From a phage: a stretch of 64,000 nt of DNA. Where the stretch lies: assembly GCA_021537435.1 (NCBI GenBank), contig GCA_021537435.1_3050.1; one strand, given 5' to 3'. The translations under genes were made by a program, and so were the position numbers. Positions 36,400 to 47,188 of the stretch are shown one piece after another. Positions within the stretch are counted from its first letter, which is position 1, and every line of letters starts with the position of its first letter. Under the pieces are notes generated by a model that was given only the letters and a program-made list of their open reading frames with translations, ran no database searches and had not been told where the DNA came from.

Positions 36400-38577
36400 T
36401 TAGGCCGCAAGGGCCTTCATAGTTTTAGCGATTTGTGAAACTTCATCATCACTTAAAGAGTTGCGATAACCGATGAAGTCGGAAACAATACGGAATTTCT
36501 TAGTAAACTCAGTAACCATTTTATCACTGTTTTTTGAAGCATTGTTTGATAATACATCAAAAAGATTAGTTACTGTCCAGATGTCATGACCGATGGTATC
36601 TTTTCCACCGTTGAAATATACACCCTGTAATGAACTAACCATATTAGCGAGTCGTGTATATTCTTCAGAAACTTCATCTACGCTGAAGTACTTCATCATA
36701 AAATCTAACTCAGGATACTTAATAATTTTATCAATATATCGTTTAGCTGAACTTGAATAACCTACATACTTATCATAATCTACAGCATCAAAAGCATCTA
36801 CATATAAATCACGTAGAGTTTCAAAAATACATTGACACTGACCGAGTTCTTTTACCTTTTTCTGCAAAAGCGGACGAATAACATAAAATTCATTAATGCC
36901 AATAAGATTAGCCATACGAGTCAAAATACTCGTAGATGGATGACAAAGCGATGTAGTACCATCCATAGAGAAAATATCAGAACGATGCATGTATGCTACA
37001 TAACCAGTAATTTCATCTGCTTCTGATGTTAGCGTAAATAGTTCCTCTTTTTCCCAGCGCCCGTCTTTAATTTCAAACTTAAATGCAGTAGCAGCTTTAG
37101 GGCGAGGAGCTGTACTTTTTACTGCCTTTGGAATATAACTTTTAACTAAAGCTTCAATTTCTGACAAATAATGAATGTTAACTTCATCACTTTCAAACAT
37201 TGCCATAATATCAGGAAGCAAATCAATCTGTGATTCTACTTCCGGATTAATAAACAGAAGCCGCTCATTGTGATGAATATTCAAAGTGTTATTAAATTCA
37301 CTATCATCTAACGCGCGTGCTAATCCACGGACAATATTAACGCGATTTTTAATATTATCAATAACAATATTAATTTTTGTCGTATTAATACCAAACAGAC
37401 GATAACTTGATGCAACGGCTGAAGTTTCATGACTTTGCTTAATGCGTTTCAGTCGAGGGTCAAGATTTACTTCATACACAACCCCTGCATTGCATAACTT
37501 ACTGTCAGGTTCAAACATGCTCTGCATCTTTTTATATGACAGATTTTTAGTCGTGAATTTGACTGAATTGCTAATCATATAATCTCGAGCAGAATATCCC
37601 ATCTTCATCAATTCACGGTATGTATGACGAGGAGATGTAGATTCTTTAAATCGTTTTACATCTTCATTAAATGCTTTCTCACTGAGTTCTTTAACTCGTT
37701 CAATAATATTTTTACGAGTACGATCATCCAGTGAAAGAGCCTCACGAGATGGAGCAATATCAAGTGAACCCATTGGAAACTTAATGTAATTCACTTCATT
37801 GCGAATGCTTAGCCAGTTACGGTCTCTAATAACACCATCGATAGGATAAACAATACCGCCATAGATAGCATATAATCCACCACGATCTGGCCAGTATCTT
37901 TCTGGATTTACACCGTAATAGTCATCAAAATCCGGAAAATAATCAATTTCGCGGTCAAGACCATTAATGATAGCCAAATCTTTGAACGGTCGCATGATAT
38001 AAGAAACTTCATAAGCAAAGTTTCTAAAGTCTTTTTCTTCAACTGGAACTACGATTTCAATACCAGTTTTATCATCTGGACCCATTTCTTTTACGAATGT
38101 AGGTTTAATCTGTGGGCCATCACCATCCATGTAAGCTACATAACCACGAATTTCACCTTTATGATACGAAGTAATACTAAACGTATCAGTATAACTAAAC
38201 GGAGATTTAGAACCTAATCCAAATCCGCCAATAAAGTCATTAGATTCGGCTTTAGATGAACTGAAGTATGAATTATACAACCCAGGAGAATTATCATCAC
38301 CCTGAATATCAAAATCACTCATACCCGGACCAAAATCTCGACAAACAAATCGTGGATCTAAACGTCCAGGAACTTGAATGATAAATTTTTCAGGATTTCC
38401 ATTGAGAGCATGAGCATCAATCATGTTAGTAATCAATTCACGGACTACTGCGCGAATCTTGTTTGTATACAAATCAGATGACAGAATTTTAAATACTTTA
38501 GGATTTGCTGCGATGCTAAATGCTTTTGATTTAGAACCATTACCAAGAATTGTTTCTTTTTCAGTGGTGATAATCAT
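36400..38577 (-). CDS. rIIA: rIIA protein
   Basis: 725-aa [35 protein letters not shown]...; GHKL-type ATPase-like N-terminus. Confidence 0.9.
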   Translation of the reverse strand: MIITTEKETILGNGSKSKAFSIAANPKVFKILSSDLYTNKIRAVVRELITNMIDAHALNGNPEKFIIQVPGRLDPRFVCRDFGPGMSDFDIQGDDNSPGLYNSYFSSSKAESNDFIGGFGLGSKSPFSYTDTFSITSYHKGEIRGYVAYMDGDGPQIKPTFVKEMGPDDKTGIEIVVPVEEKDFRNFAYEVSYIMRPFKDLAIINGLDREIDYFPDFDDYYGVNPERYWPDRGGLYAIYGGIVYPIDGVIRDRNWLSIRNEVNYIKFPMGSLDIAPSREALSLDDRTRKNIIERVKELSEKAFNEDVKRFKESTSPRHTYRELMKMGYSARDYMISNSVKFTTKNLSYKKMQSMFEPDSKLCNAGVVYEVNLDPRLKRIKQSHETSAVASSYRLFGINTTKINIVIDNIKNRVNIVRGLARALDDSEFNNTLNIHHNERLLFINPEVESQIDLLPDIMAMFESDEVNIHYLSEIEALVKSYIPKAVKSTAPRPKAATAFKFEIKDGRWEKEELFTLTSEADEITGYVAYMHRSDIFSMDGTTSLCHPSTSILTRMANLIGINEFYVIRPLLQKKVKELGQCQCIFETLRDLYVDAFDAVDYDKYVGYSSSAKRYIDKIIKYPELDFMMKYFSVDEVSEEYTRLANMVSSLQGVYFNGGKDTIGHDIWTVTNLFDVLSNNASKNSDKMVTEFTKKFRIVSDFIGYRNSLSDDEVSQIAKTMKALAA

Positions 38578-38587
38578 AATTTCCTCA

Positions 38588-38791
38588 TTAATTCATATTA
38601 CGCTTAATAACTTCAGCAACTTCTAGTAGTTCATCTTTAGTTGCAGTGTCGGATTGAATTTTATCTCTAATATCTTTAAAGCGGTTTTTAAATTCTTCGG
38701 CTTCTCCCATATCGAAAAAGCGTTGAATGATTCTATATTCTCGATGAACTGCTTTATCAAAAAGTTCTAAATTTACTTTATATGATTTCAT
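38588..38791 (-). CDS. hypothetical protein (T4 rIIA.1 position)
   Basis: 67-aa ORF immediately upstream of rIIA. Confidence 0.5.
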   Translation of the reverse strand: MKSYKVNLELFDKAVHREYRIIQRFFDMGEAEEFKNRFKDIRDKIQSDTATKDELLEVAEVIKRNMN

Positions 38792-38816
38792 TTCAATATC
38801 CTCATTTGCCCAATTA

Positions 38817-38845
38817 ATTATACCACATCCTTGTGGTAAAGTAAA
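38817..38845 (-). promoter_or_regulatory. early promoter upstream of rIIA.1/rIIA
   Basis: rc TTTACT, 17 nt, TATAAT. Confidence 0.5.
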
Positions 38846-40666
38846 CTATTGGCTCATCCATTCTTTACGAAGATCAGCATTATCTCCCATGAGCATTTCA
38901 AAAAGCTCTTTCCAGTTCTCAGGAAGTTTAACAACATCATATACTGGGTTTTGAATCATCTCACGATATTCAGATTTTTCCAAAGAGCCAAGTCCTTTAA
39001 TATAACGGATGCTATGTTTAGGTAGAGCATCTTTGGCACTCTCATATTCAGCGACTGTATAAAACCATTCTTGTTTTTTACCGACCTGAGCGATGATTAC
39101 AGGAGTTTTGACAAAGCGAATTCTTCCTTGCTCAAACAATTCTGGCCAATTACTAAAAAATCCGAGCAGAGAAGGATAAATGCTTCCTAGACCATCATGG
39201 TCAGCATCAGTCATAATAGCGATATTATGATAATTCAAGTTTTCAGCTTTTTCACCGAGAACTAGACCAGTGATTGCGCAAATATCAAATAGTTCTTTGT
39301 TTTTAAGCATATCTGCATAAGACATACCCCAACTGTTGAGAACTTTACCACGTAATGGATAACCACCATGAAGTTCTTTATCACGAACATCAATAAGATA
39401 TCCGATAGCAGAATCACCCTCAGTCAAGAAAAGAGTAGTGTCAGCATCTTTACCGCAAAGATTCGCTTTAATATGTTTATGAACCTTTGCCTTAGAGGCC
39501 TTTTTAGCTGCTTTAGTTTCAGCTGCTTTTTCTGCTGCCAATTTACGAGCCAAGGCAGCTTCAATAATTGGCATCAAAATAGCTTCATTATTTAGAATAG
39601 CGCGTGAAATCTTTTTAGCATCAAGTTGAATATGACTACGAATTTCACCAAATGGAGAAGTCAAACGCTCTTTAGTTTGAGAGTCAAATCGCATGTTTTT
39701 CATATCGCGAACAAACATAACGATAGTCAAACATTCTTTAACACGTGCTTTAGTTACATCAATTTTGAATTTACGTTTGATTTGTGGAATAAGGTCTTCA
39801 CAAATATCATCCATAACACAGTCAATGTGATGGCCACCATTCTTAGTATGAATGTTATTGACGTACGTCAACTGACGAAAACCATCCGGTGAACGACCAA
39901 CCGCAATAGAACAATTTTCTTGTTCTTGAACAATAGCATGTTCATCATACTGTCGTGCATATTTCTTAAAATTGCCCTGAACCTTTTTACCATTAAAGGT
40001 AAATTGAATATCAGGATAAACAACTGCGAGTGTCTGGAGACGATCCAGTGTAATGTCAAGATAAACTTGGGACAGCTCATTAGTTTCAAATGACATAAAA
40101 TCAGGAATGAAAGTAACACGAGTTCCTTTCCATTTTCCAGGAATATCTTCCCATGATTTATTTTCCATGCCATTTGAACAACGAACTACAATATTATTTT
40201 GACCGTCGCCAGTTTCACCAACAAACATCACAGAAAAAATGTTTGTCAAACTAGAACCAACACCATTCATACCGCCAGTGACGCGTTCTTTATCATCACC
40301 AAAGTTACCACCTGCTTTTGGAATAGTCCATGCAGCAACAGGACCAGGAATTTCTTCACCAGTAGGTGTTTTAACCATAGCCTGTGGAATACCACGACCG
40401 TTATCTTCAACTGTTACCTGATTATTTTTAATAGTAACATTAATTTTATTTGCGAATTTAAACTTAGTACGAATACCTTCATCTACTGAGTTATCGATAA
40501 TTTCATCAATAAGCTTAACAAGACCAGGTACATACTGAACACTTTCCCATTTACCAAACAGAAAGCGCTCATGCATTTCATTAGCAGAAGAGCCAATGTA
40601 CATGCCGCTACGCTTTTTGATATGTTCAATATCGCTCAGAATTTTAATTTCATTCTTAATCATCAC
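38846..40666 (-). CDS. 39: DNA topoisomerase II large subunit gp39 (GyrB-like), single uninterrupted 606-aa ORF
   Basis: GHKL ATPase motifs (DNGRGIP) and TOPRIM region in one frame; no separate gene 60. Confidence 0.9.
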   Translation of the reverse strand: MMIKNEIKILSDIEHIKKRSGMYIGSSANEMHERFLFGKWESVQYVPGLVKLIDEIIDNSVDEGIRTKFKFANKINVTIKNNQVTVEDNGRGIPQAMVKTPTGEEIPGPVAAWTIPKAGGNFGDDKERVTGGMNGVGSSLTNIFSVMFVGETGDGQNNIVVRCSNGMENKSWEDIPGKWKGTRVTFIPDFMSFETNELSQVYLDITLDRLQTLAVVYPDIQFTFNGKKVQGNFKKYARQYDEHAIVQEQENCSIAVGRSPDGFRQLTYVNNIHTKNGGHHIDCVMDDICEDLIPQIKRKFKIDVTKARVKECLTIVMFVRDMKNMRFDSQTKERLTSPFGEIRSHIQLDAKKISRAILNNEAILMPIIEAALARKLAAEKAAETKAAKKASKAKVHKHIKANLCGKDADTTLFLTEGDSAIGYLIDVRDKELHGGYPLRGKVLNSWGMSYADMLKNKELFDICAITGLVLGEKAENLNYHNIAIMTDADHDGLGSIYPSLLGFFSNWPELFEQGRIRFVKTPVIIAQVGKKQEWFYTVAEYESAKDALPKHSIRYIKGLGSLEKSEYREMIQNPVYDVVKLPENWKELFEMLMGDNADLRKEWMSQ

Positions 40667-40690
40667 TTATCCTCGTTTGGTTTCGGGAAT

Positions 40691-40715
40691 ATTATACTCC
40701 GGTAATCATAAAGCT
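40691..40715 (-). promoter_or_regulatory. middle (MotA-dependent) promoter candidate upstream of gene 39
   Basis: rc reads AGCTTTA, 12 nt, TATAAT, about 25 nt upstream of gene 39 start. Confidence 0.5.
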
Positions 40716-40732
40716 AAAGGCCGAAGGCCTTT
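40709..40732 (-). terminator. hairpin terminator-like element
   Basis: AAAGGCC-UUCG-GCCUUU then U-rich; overlaps the gene 39 promoter candidate. Confidence 0.4.
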
Positions 40733-41001
40733 TATTTAAAACGAATAGTTGAATCCTTAAAGAACAGCCCAGAACATACTGTTCCTTCTACTTTCTGCCC
40801 AGTAGGTCCAATAGCACGAAATCCAGTATGTTGGAAATCATTTTCAGAGCAACCGAACCAGTTATATCCAGTGATTTCAATATTAGTAAAACCGCTTGAA
40901 GACAAAACTTTGGTTGCATTATCAGCATCAGTACATCCTACTAAAGACACTGCTAATACTAATGCTGCAATAGAACGATTAATATATTTCATAATTTTCA
41001 C
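40732..41001 (-). CDS. hypothetical lipoprotein
   Basis: 89-aa ORF with signal peptide and lipobox LVGC. Confidence 0.5.
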   Translation of the reverse strand: MKIMKYINRSIAALVLAVSLVGCTDADNATKVLSSSGFTNIEITGYNWFGCSENDFQHTGFRAIGPTGQKVEGTVCSGLFFKDSTIRFK

Positions 41002-41369
41002 TTAAATTTAATGGCTTGAAGAAGACTAATAATTCTCAAGCGACTTCTTTCATCTTTAACTGTAAAAGAAAGAGGGTCACCAGATTTCATAGTAATAGTA
41101 CATTCAAAATCAAAATCTTCGGAAACTTCTTTGAAGAAGTCAAATTCTTCATCATAAATTAGAACATTACTCTGACAACTATGAAGAATTTTTCCATCAT
41201 TTCCAGATGCTGTACTAATCATTGTAACATTATGACCTTTCATATCTTCAACGATAAATTCACTAGTCAATATTACAGCATTAATAGAACTATTCCTATT
41301 ACTAGCAGAAAGTAGATATTTCTGTTCTTCACCTTCACGAATGCGATATTTCTTACCGATTTTAAACAT
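40998..41369 (-). CDS. hypothetical protein
   Basis: 123-aa ORF overlapping the lipoprotein gene. Confidence 0.45.
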   Translation of the reverse strand: MFKIGKKYRIREGEEQKYLLSASNRNSSINAVILTSEFIVEDMKGHNVTMISTASGNDGKILHSCQSNVLIYDEEFDFFKEVSEDFDFECTITMKSGDPLSFTVKDERSRLRIISLLQAIKFK

Positions 41370-41371
41370 AA

Positions 41372-41548
41372 TTACCCTTTAAGTAAGTCGTAAAAACCAC
41401 CATTCACATGCTTAGGAGCAGAAGGCCGACGAGTAGACAGACGATGACATTTAGGACAAACATCATTTTCTCGTTCAGAAATCTTTTTAATTTTTTCATA
41501 TTCATGCCCGCAATCTTCGGATTGGCATTTATAATCATACATTGGCAT
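41372..41548 (-). CDS. small zinc-ribbon protein (58 aa)
   Basis: rc ORF MPMYDYKCQSEDCGHEYEKIKKISERENDVCPKCHRL... with CxxC..CxxC; below track cutoff. Confidence 0.4.
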   Translation of the reverse strand: MPMYDYKCQSEDCGHEYEKIKKISERENDVCPKCHRLSTRRPSAPKHVNGGFYDLLKG

Positions 41549-41550
41549 AA

Positions 41551-41970
41551 TTATTCCTTAAAGTGTGCTTTCAACATCTGATACAAGGACCATGCCTGTT
41601 CATTATTTTCAATAGTAACTTTCATGACCGGGAATTCTGTGAAATCTTCTATTTGTTCTTGCTCTTCCTGCTTTTGCTCTTCGGACGCTTGATATGGATT
41701 TCCAACTTCGTCAAAGAACTCTGCTTCATTCGTGGAGAGCCAGATAAAGTTTTCATCAAGGATATCACCGCCTGTTGCGTATCCAACCGTGCCAGTAGAT
41801 GTCACAATTTTAGTAGGACGACTGAGATGGTCAACATCTAAAATTTTAAAAGGTTCCATACCTAAACGTCGTGCGTAGATTCCGTTATCAGTATGGTCTT
41901 TAATAAAAGCTTCCTGAGCTTGTTTATTTTTAAATTGATACCATTTATTAACTTCAAATCTAATAGCCAT
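41551..41970 (-). CDS. hypothetical protein (T4 goF position)
   Basis: 139-aa ORF with acidic Glu/Gln-rich segment. Confidence 0.4.
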   Translation of the reverse strand: MAIRFEVNKWYQFKNKQAQEAFIKDHTDNGIYARRLGMEPFKILDVDHLSRPTKIVTSTGTVGYATGGDILDENFIWLSTNEAEFFDEVGNPYQASEEQKQEEQEQIEDFTEFPVMKVTIENNEQAWSLYQMLKAHFKE

Positions 41971-42185
41971 TAATAAATTTCCTTCCAGTAAGTTGTACCG
42001 TCTTCAGTGATTTCACGGAATACACCATAAATCGGTTGTTTATCACCAACCTTTTCATACACATAAACCGAAGTCAAGTGAGTAAACTTGATGGTGTGTT
42101 CCTTTTGAACTACTACCAAATCTGGATCGAATAATACATCTTCAAATTCGTCATTAGTACAATTCTGAACAATTTTACGTTTCAT
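41970..42185 (-). CDS. hypothetical protein (T4 cef position)
   Basis: 71-aa ORF. Confidence 0.4.
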   Translation of the reverse strand: MKRKIVQNCTNDEFEDVLFDPDLVVVQKEHTIKFTHLTSVYVYEKVGDKQPIYGVFREITEDGTTYWKEIY

Positions 42186-42198
42186 TACAATTTCCTCA

Positions 42199-42468
42199 TT
42201 AATTAAACAGTGGAGCGATGCGTTTCAGAAGAGTAGCAGCACCTTTGGCGAATTTTACATCATGAAAAACAGTTTCTTCTTCCGTTACAACACGAGCTTT
42301 AATGTTTTCACAATCCCAATTTTTACGAACAATCTTCAAAAGCTGCAGTAAATCTTTACATTCAGCAATATCGATAACACATCCACGAGAATCTTCCATT
42401 ATCGCACGATAACCGTAAGCCATACCATAATCGTTGAAAGATTGCTCGATGATAATTAAGTTTTCCAT
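42199..42468 (-). CDS. hypothetical protein
   Basis: start MENLIIIEQSFNDYGMAYGYRAIMEDS...; track ORF uses upstream TTG. Confidence 0.4.
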   Translation of the reverse strand: MENLIIIEQSFNDYGMAYGYRAIMEDSRGCVIDIAECKDLLQLLKIVRKNWDCENIKARVVTEEETVFHDVKFAKGAATLLKRIAPLFN

Positions 42469-42565
42469 TTTATTCTCCAAGTTGTTTTCTGTATCAGTAG
42501 TTGATATTGATATAGTACCATAATCAACTACTGATGTATATAGTTTTATGAAAAAATTTTAAACT

Positions 42566-43054
42566 TTATGCATAGAGAGCATTGCTATAGTGTTTAATCC
42601 AACTTTCAGGAATGACTTTGTATGTTCCTAAAAATACCACATTGTACAACTTAACACCATCTTCTACCCATTGATCGGTAATATATCCACACATAGCGCG
42701 AGTATAAGCAGCCTTTCCATCATCTTTGATAAATTTAAATTCGCAAGGAGCAATGAACTTAATAGCTTGACCGAGTTTCCACTTAAAGTCTACGCCTACA
42801 TGCGAAGTATCAATCGTTTCAATTCCTTTAGCAGGAACAGCTTTCAAAAACACAGATTCAAGAAATTTCGCACGAACATAGCCAAACTGAGGTTTAGACT
42901 TTCCATCTTTAGGAATGATACGCACTTTTACTTCAGAATCTTCATCTTTAACGCCATGTTTAAGCTGAATGCTTACAATTTCGACCAATTTTCCTGCTGC
43001 TTTAGAGCGGGATTTATCAGATACACGAGCTAATTCACCAATATTAATAATCAT
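42566..43054 (-). CDS. motB: MotB-like DNA-binding protein
   Basis: 162-aa ORF, same length as T4 MotB; early promoter upstream. Confidence 0.55.
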   Translation of the reverse strand: MIINIGELARVSDKSRSKAAGKLVEIVSIQLKHGVKDEDSEVKVRIIPKDGKSKPQFGYVRAKFLESVFLKAVPAKGIETIDTSHVGVDFKWKLGQAIKFIAPCEFKFIKDDGKAAYTRAMCGYITDQWVEDGVKLYNVVFLGTYKVIPESWIKHYSNALYA

Positions 43055-43098
43055 AGTTATTTCTCACTTGTTAAAAAGATTTTATACTCCGCGGGACC

Positions 43099-43127
43099 AT
43101 TATACTCTGGTCCCAAGAGTTTGTAAA
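43099..43127 (-). promoter_or_regulatory. early promoter upstream of motB
   Basis: rc TTTACA, 17 nt, TATAAT. Confidence 0.5.
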
Positions 43128-43565
43128 CTAGCTTACACGAACATTAATCACTGCGCTGCGAGGAACTACGGAGTACTCTCCAGCATGAACTACATTAAGA
43201 AGTTCAACGCCATCTTCAATCCACTGGTCAGTTACCCAACCGCCAATCGGATTCGCGAATGGACGACGAATATAAACTGCCTTACACAACAAATCAGTCG
43301 GGTCTTCAGGTTTTTCAATTTCTGTCAATAGACTAAAATCTTTTTCATAAATAATAAGCGGTGATACCATTCCATAATAGTTTCTAATTTCAATATACAT
43401 CATACCGATAAGAATTCCGCTATTAACACTAATAACAGTAAAAGGATATCCGCCAGTTAAACCAAGAAGTTCACAAAACTTATTATGAGCTGTATTAGAC
43501 AGTACCGAAAAATTCTTAATTTCATCAAATTTTTTCAATTGATAAACAGCATTATTTTTAATCAT
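43128..43565 (-). CDS. MotB-like paralogue
   Basis: 145-aa ORF; C-terminal ...GGWVTDQWIEDGVELLNVV... parallels ...CGYITDQWVEDGVKLYNVV... in the adjacent ORF. Confidence 0.45.
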   Translation of the reverse strand: MIKNNAVYQLKKFDEIKNFSVLSNTAHNKFCELLGLTGGYPFTVISVNSGILIGMMYIEIRNYYGMVSPLIIYEKDFSLLTEIEKPEDPTDLLCKAVYIRRPFANPIGGWVTDQWIEDGVELLNVVHAGEYSVVPRSAVINVRVS

Positions 43566-43575
43566 AATTTTCTCT

Positions 43576-44118
43576 TTAATCTAAGGTAATAAAGCCTTTT
43601 AATTCGGCATGGGATTTGCGGAACATTACTTGGTGCCCACCAATGATAACTTCATCTTCAGGAACTTCGTATACAGCAAGATAAAATCCTTTAGAAGCTA
43701 ATTCTTCACGCTCTTCTCGTGTGAACCATCTCATCATATCATATTCACTAGCGAAAGCAAAATGATAAAGAGCTATAAACCATCCTGGAATATAGTGATC
43801 TACGCCTACATATTCCTCTTTCTCAAATTTAGTATTAATTGCTATATTAGCATTTTTAACTAATAATTTGTCTTCGCGCGGAAGAGGAATTCTTTTGTTA
43901 TCATCACTATGATGCATAAAATTAGGTCTGCTATAACCTACCCGTAATAGCCACTCTTCGCTCCATGAATCTATTATACTCCTGTATGGCGTTATTTGAA
44001 CACAAAGATTTCGACGTATTGTTATAGCATCTTCATAATCAAGAATACTAAACGATGATTCAACACGATAAATTTTCATTTTATTATCCTCAGTAGCTAT
44101 GGTGTTATAATACCACAA
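43576..44118 (-). CDS. hypothetical protein
   Basis: 180-aa ORF; early promoter upstream. Confidence 0.45.
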   Translation of the reverse strand: MWYYNTIATEDNKMKIYRVESSFSILDYEDAITIRRNLCVQITPYRSIIDSWSEEWLLRVGYSRPNFMHHSDDNKRIPLPREDKLLVKNANIAINTKFEKEEYVGVDHYIPGWFIALYHFAFASEYDMMRWFTREEREELASKGFYLAVYEVPEDEVIIGGHQVMFRKSHAELKGFITLD

Positions 44119-44135
44119 CTAACCGAGGAAGTAAA
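44107..44135 (-). promoter_or_regulatory. early promoter
   Basis: rc TTTACT, 17 nt, TATTAT. Confidence 0.45.
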
Positions 44136-44142
44136 CAACTTT

Positions 44143-44826
44143 TTATCGTTTTGTTGGAAGGGAAAGAGGATCGCACTCTTCCTCTGACGGAGCATCTTCA
44201 AGACCCATAGCATATCGCAAAGCATACTTCATCATCAGGATGTCTTTTGCACAGTCATGAATAGAATCATGTGCAACGAATCCGTCTAAAGTTCCCTTTG
44301 GAAGAGGACATGTGGTCATATCACGAACAAGCAGAAGTGCTTCAATTCTGGTACGAATATCACGTTGATTCCAGAATTTACAAGGTTCTAACTTAAACGT
44401 ATCAAGCTCATTCTCGGAAACGCCGTTAAGACGTTGAATATCACGAATGAGATCAACTAAAATTGGAAAATCAAACGACATTCCACGGCACCAGCCCTGA
44501 GATTTCCAAGGATCGATATTATGCGCATTGATGTAATCATTAAATTTTGCAATACCATCGATGGTGCTTACATCTTCATCTGATGGTGCAATATTTTTTC
44601 GAGCTTCTGGAGATTGGTTTTTCCACCATTCGATAGTGCTTTTAGTAAAAAGACGATGTCCTTTTTGACTTTTTAAATCAAATTTGATTTTAATACCGCG
44701 CGAAACTAATTCATCAAACGTTTCAACTACTTCTGGATTAGGGTCAAAGGCAATAACAGCCAAATCAATAACAGCTGCCTTTTCACCGCTTCCCATTGTT
44801 TCAAAATCTATAATAAAATCAAACAT
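44143..44826 (-). CDS. dexA: exonuclease A
   Basis: 227-aa ORF MFDFIIDFETMGSGEKAAVIDLAVIAF... DEDDh-type 3'-5' exonuclease motif. Confidence 0.85.
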   Translation of the reverse strand: MFDFIIDFETMGSGEKAAVIDLAVIAFDPNPEVVETFDELVSRGIKIKFDLKSQKGHRLFTKSTIEWWKNQSPEARKNIAPSDEDVSTIDGIAKFNDYINAHNIDPWKSQGWCRGMSFDFPILVDLIRDIQRLNGVSENELDTFKLEPCKFWNQRDIRTRIEALLLVRDMTTCPLPKGTLDGFVAHDSIHDCAKDILMMKYALRYAMGLEDAPSEEECDPLSLPTKR

Positions 44827-45101
44827 TAAATTTTCCTCGCTAAATCGCGAATTTGACCTACAGTATAATCTTGGATATAAACTTTATTAATAGGCTCATC
44901 AATAAATTTTGCCATAGATTCAATATCTTTTTGTATCTCTTCAAGACTGTATACTATCTTTAAAGCTTTTTCGCGAATAGTAACATTATCAGGTCCTGAA
45001 TTTTCTTGGATGACAGCTTTAACATTTGCCATAAGAGATTTAAACTGATGCAAACTTAATTCAATCATTAATAACCGCCTTATAAAGATGGCTAATTTCA
45101 C
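44826..45101 (-). CDS. hypothetical protein
   Basis: 91-aa ORF. Confidence 0.4.
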   Translation of the reverse strand: MKLAIFIRRLLMIELSLHQFKSLMANVKAVIQENSGPDNVTIREKALKIVYSLEEIQKDIESMAKFIDEPINKVYIQDYTVGQIRDLARKI

Positions 45102-45321
45102 CTAAAACATAATCACTGATTGTAACAGTTTTCACTTCACCGCAAAAGAATTCTAATGCAATCAAATCTCGTTCAATTTCTTCCAATTGAAGCATTAACT
45201 TGCCTGATTCAATTTTCACGTTTTTGCGATTTTTACTATAAGCTATTTCATAAATTTCGCTCACTTTATCTTGAAGTAGATAAAACTGGTCTTTAGTTAT
45301 TTCCACGAATAGCTTCCTCAA
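45061..45321 (-). CDS. hypothetical protein
   Basis: 86-aa ORF. Confidence 0.4.
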   Translation of the reverse strand: MRKLFVEITKDQFYLLQDKVSEIYEIAYSKNRKNVKIESGKLMLQLEEIERDLIALEFFCGEVKTVTISDYVLGEISHLYKAVIND

Positions 45322-45553
45322 ATTTAATCAACAGCTTACAGACACTTTCATCTAATGTAATTACCGTATCTGTATTACTGTGATATGATTGTTTTTCAAT
45401 TCGTTTAATTGCTAGTATAGTATCACTTATAAGATTAAGCTTATAAAGGAGCTCAGCTCCTGTTACCATAACACTGAGGTTATCTTGCTTATCAGTGTGC
45501 TTCTTTATACCATCTATTAGACGATTTAAATATTTTGAATTGATGTTAATCAT
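45293..45553 (-). CDS. hypothetical protein
   Basis: 86-aa ORF. Confidence 0.4.
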   Translation of the reverse strand: MININSKYLNRLIDGIKKHTDKQDNLSVMVTGAELLYKLNLISDTILAIKRIEKQSYHSNTDTVITLDESVCKLLIKFEEAIRGNN

Positions 45554-45559
45554 ATATCC

Positions 45560-46879
45560 TCACACATAAAACACATCATAACGACCACGAGTGACACCAA
45601 CATAAAGAAGCTGCTGAGCCAATTCAGCATCTGCATAATGAATACAAGGAGTATAGATGAAAGCACGATCTACAGACATGCCCTGAGCTTTGTGGAATGT
45701 TGATGCAGGAAGTGCTTTCACTTTACTAAACTGTGATTTAGCATCCCAAAAATCACTCCACGGAGCTTTTCCACCTTTATTCCAATTTTTATACGTTTCT
45801 GCCGTTTTACCTAAAAATAAGTTAAACTTATACAGCTCTTCATCAGATGAAATTATTTTAATCTTTTCACGATAATATTCATCATCGCCGTAAGTTTCTA
45901 CTGTTAAATCCCAATGACGAATTAGATATTCTCCAGAAACACCACGAGCTTTAACAAATGTTGATGTATACTCTGCTTCTATAATACGAACTAATTGTCC
46001 GTTATTAAAAATAATTTCTGACACAGGCTTTCCATCAATTTTATATGTTTTAATTAATGGTTCCTGCATTACAATAATTTCACCAACGATAAAATCTTTA
46101 TCAGTTTCAAAAATCTTTTTGCGAATAATGTTATTTAACTTATCAACAGATTTATTCGTAAATGCCATTACGCGATTTTCAAACAAATCATCTAGTGATT
46201 TTACGATTGAAAAATAATTTACCATAAAATCGCGTAAAGCGGTATCACCAGTAAATCCACGTACTCCATGCCCGTCAACAACTTTATCATAAATCCACTT
46301 ACCGTTGCGAACATCAGTAGCTACATCAATAATAGGAGCATTACTGCGTTTAACTTCAGTGAGTTCACACTGATAAAAATCTTTATGTGTAAAGAACGGG
46401 CTGATATAAGCGGTGTTTTCTCCTGGGTCAACAGGTCTAATTTGCTTATTATCGCCTATTCCAATTATAGTACACCATGGTGGAATAGTTGAAAGCAGAA
46501 TTTTAAATAGCTTTCTATCATACATTGACACTTCGTCGCAGATTAATACTCTACATTTAGCTAAATCCGGTACTTCTTTTTGTTCAAAAAGAACGTTTTC
46601 TTCATATGTTACTGGGTTAATTTTAAGAATACTGTGAATAGTACTCGCTTCTTTCCCTGATAGTTTTGAAAGAATCTTTTTAGCCGCATGTGTAGGAGCT
46701 GCTAAAATAATGCCAGTTTCGCCCGTAGATATTAAGGCTTCAATGATGAACTTAGTAAGAGTAGTCTTACCAGTACCAGCAGGTCCATTAATAGTTACAT
46801 GATGTTTCTTTTCTTTAATAGCCCTCATAACGATGTTAAAGGCATTTTTCTGGCCTTCGGTCAAATCATCAAATGTCAT
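45560..46879 (-). CDS. dda: Dda DNA helicase (SF1B)
   Basis: 439-aa ORF; Walker A GPAGTGKTT. Confidence 0.9.
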   Translation of the reverse strand: MTFDDLTEGQKNAFNIVMRAIKEKKHHVTINGPAGTGKTTLTKFIIEALISTGETGIILAAPTHAAKKILSKLSGKEASTIHSILKINPVTYEENVLFEQKEVPDLAKCRVLICDEVSMYDRKLFKILLSTIPPWCTIIGIGDNKQIRPVDPGENTAYISPFFTHKDFYQCELTEVKRSNAPIIDVATDVRNGKWIYDKVVDGHGVRGFTGDTALRDFMVNYFSIVKSLDDLFENRVMAFTNKSVDKLNNIIRKKIFETDKDFIVGEIIVMQEPLIKTYKIDGKPVSEIIFNNGQLVRIIEAEYTSTFVKARGVSGEYLIRHWDLTVETYGDDEYYREKIKIISSDEELYKFNLFLGKTAETYKNWNKGGKAPWSDFWDAKSQFSKVKALPASTFHKAQGMSVDRAFIYTPCIHYADAELAQQLLYVGVTRGRYDVFYV

Positions 46880-47187
46880 CGTAAATTCCCTGCAATTGGT
46901 ATACTAACAATACGCCCAGTATCTAAAATTCGCCGATATAATCTTTGTGTGTCTACATCAGGCTTAACATGTTTAACTTCTATTTTATTAAACCAAAACT
47001 TGCGTGGAGTTTCAACTAATCTCGGAATTCCCATACCTAAAGCTAGTCGATACTGCTCTTTAAGAGTGGTAAATACTTTATCAGCAATCTCCCTTTCAAA
47101 AAATACAGCAGGACGATGTTCATCAAGCGGAACAGGCACTGCAAATCCATCTTTATCTCTATACACTATCGCATATACATAAAACAT
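46876..47187 (-). CDS. hypothetical protein
   Basis: 103-aa ORF overlapping dda start. Confidence 0.45.
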   Translation of the reverse strand: MFYVYAIVYRDKDGFAVPVPLDEHRPAVFFEREIADKVFTTLKEQYRLALGMGIPRLVETPRKFWFNKIEVKHVKPDVDTQRLYRRILDTGRIVSIPIAGNLR

Positions 47188-47188
47188 A

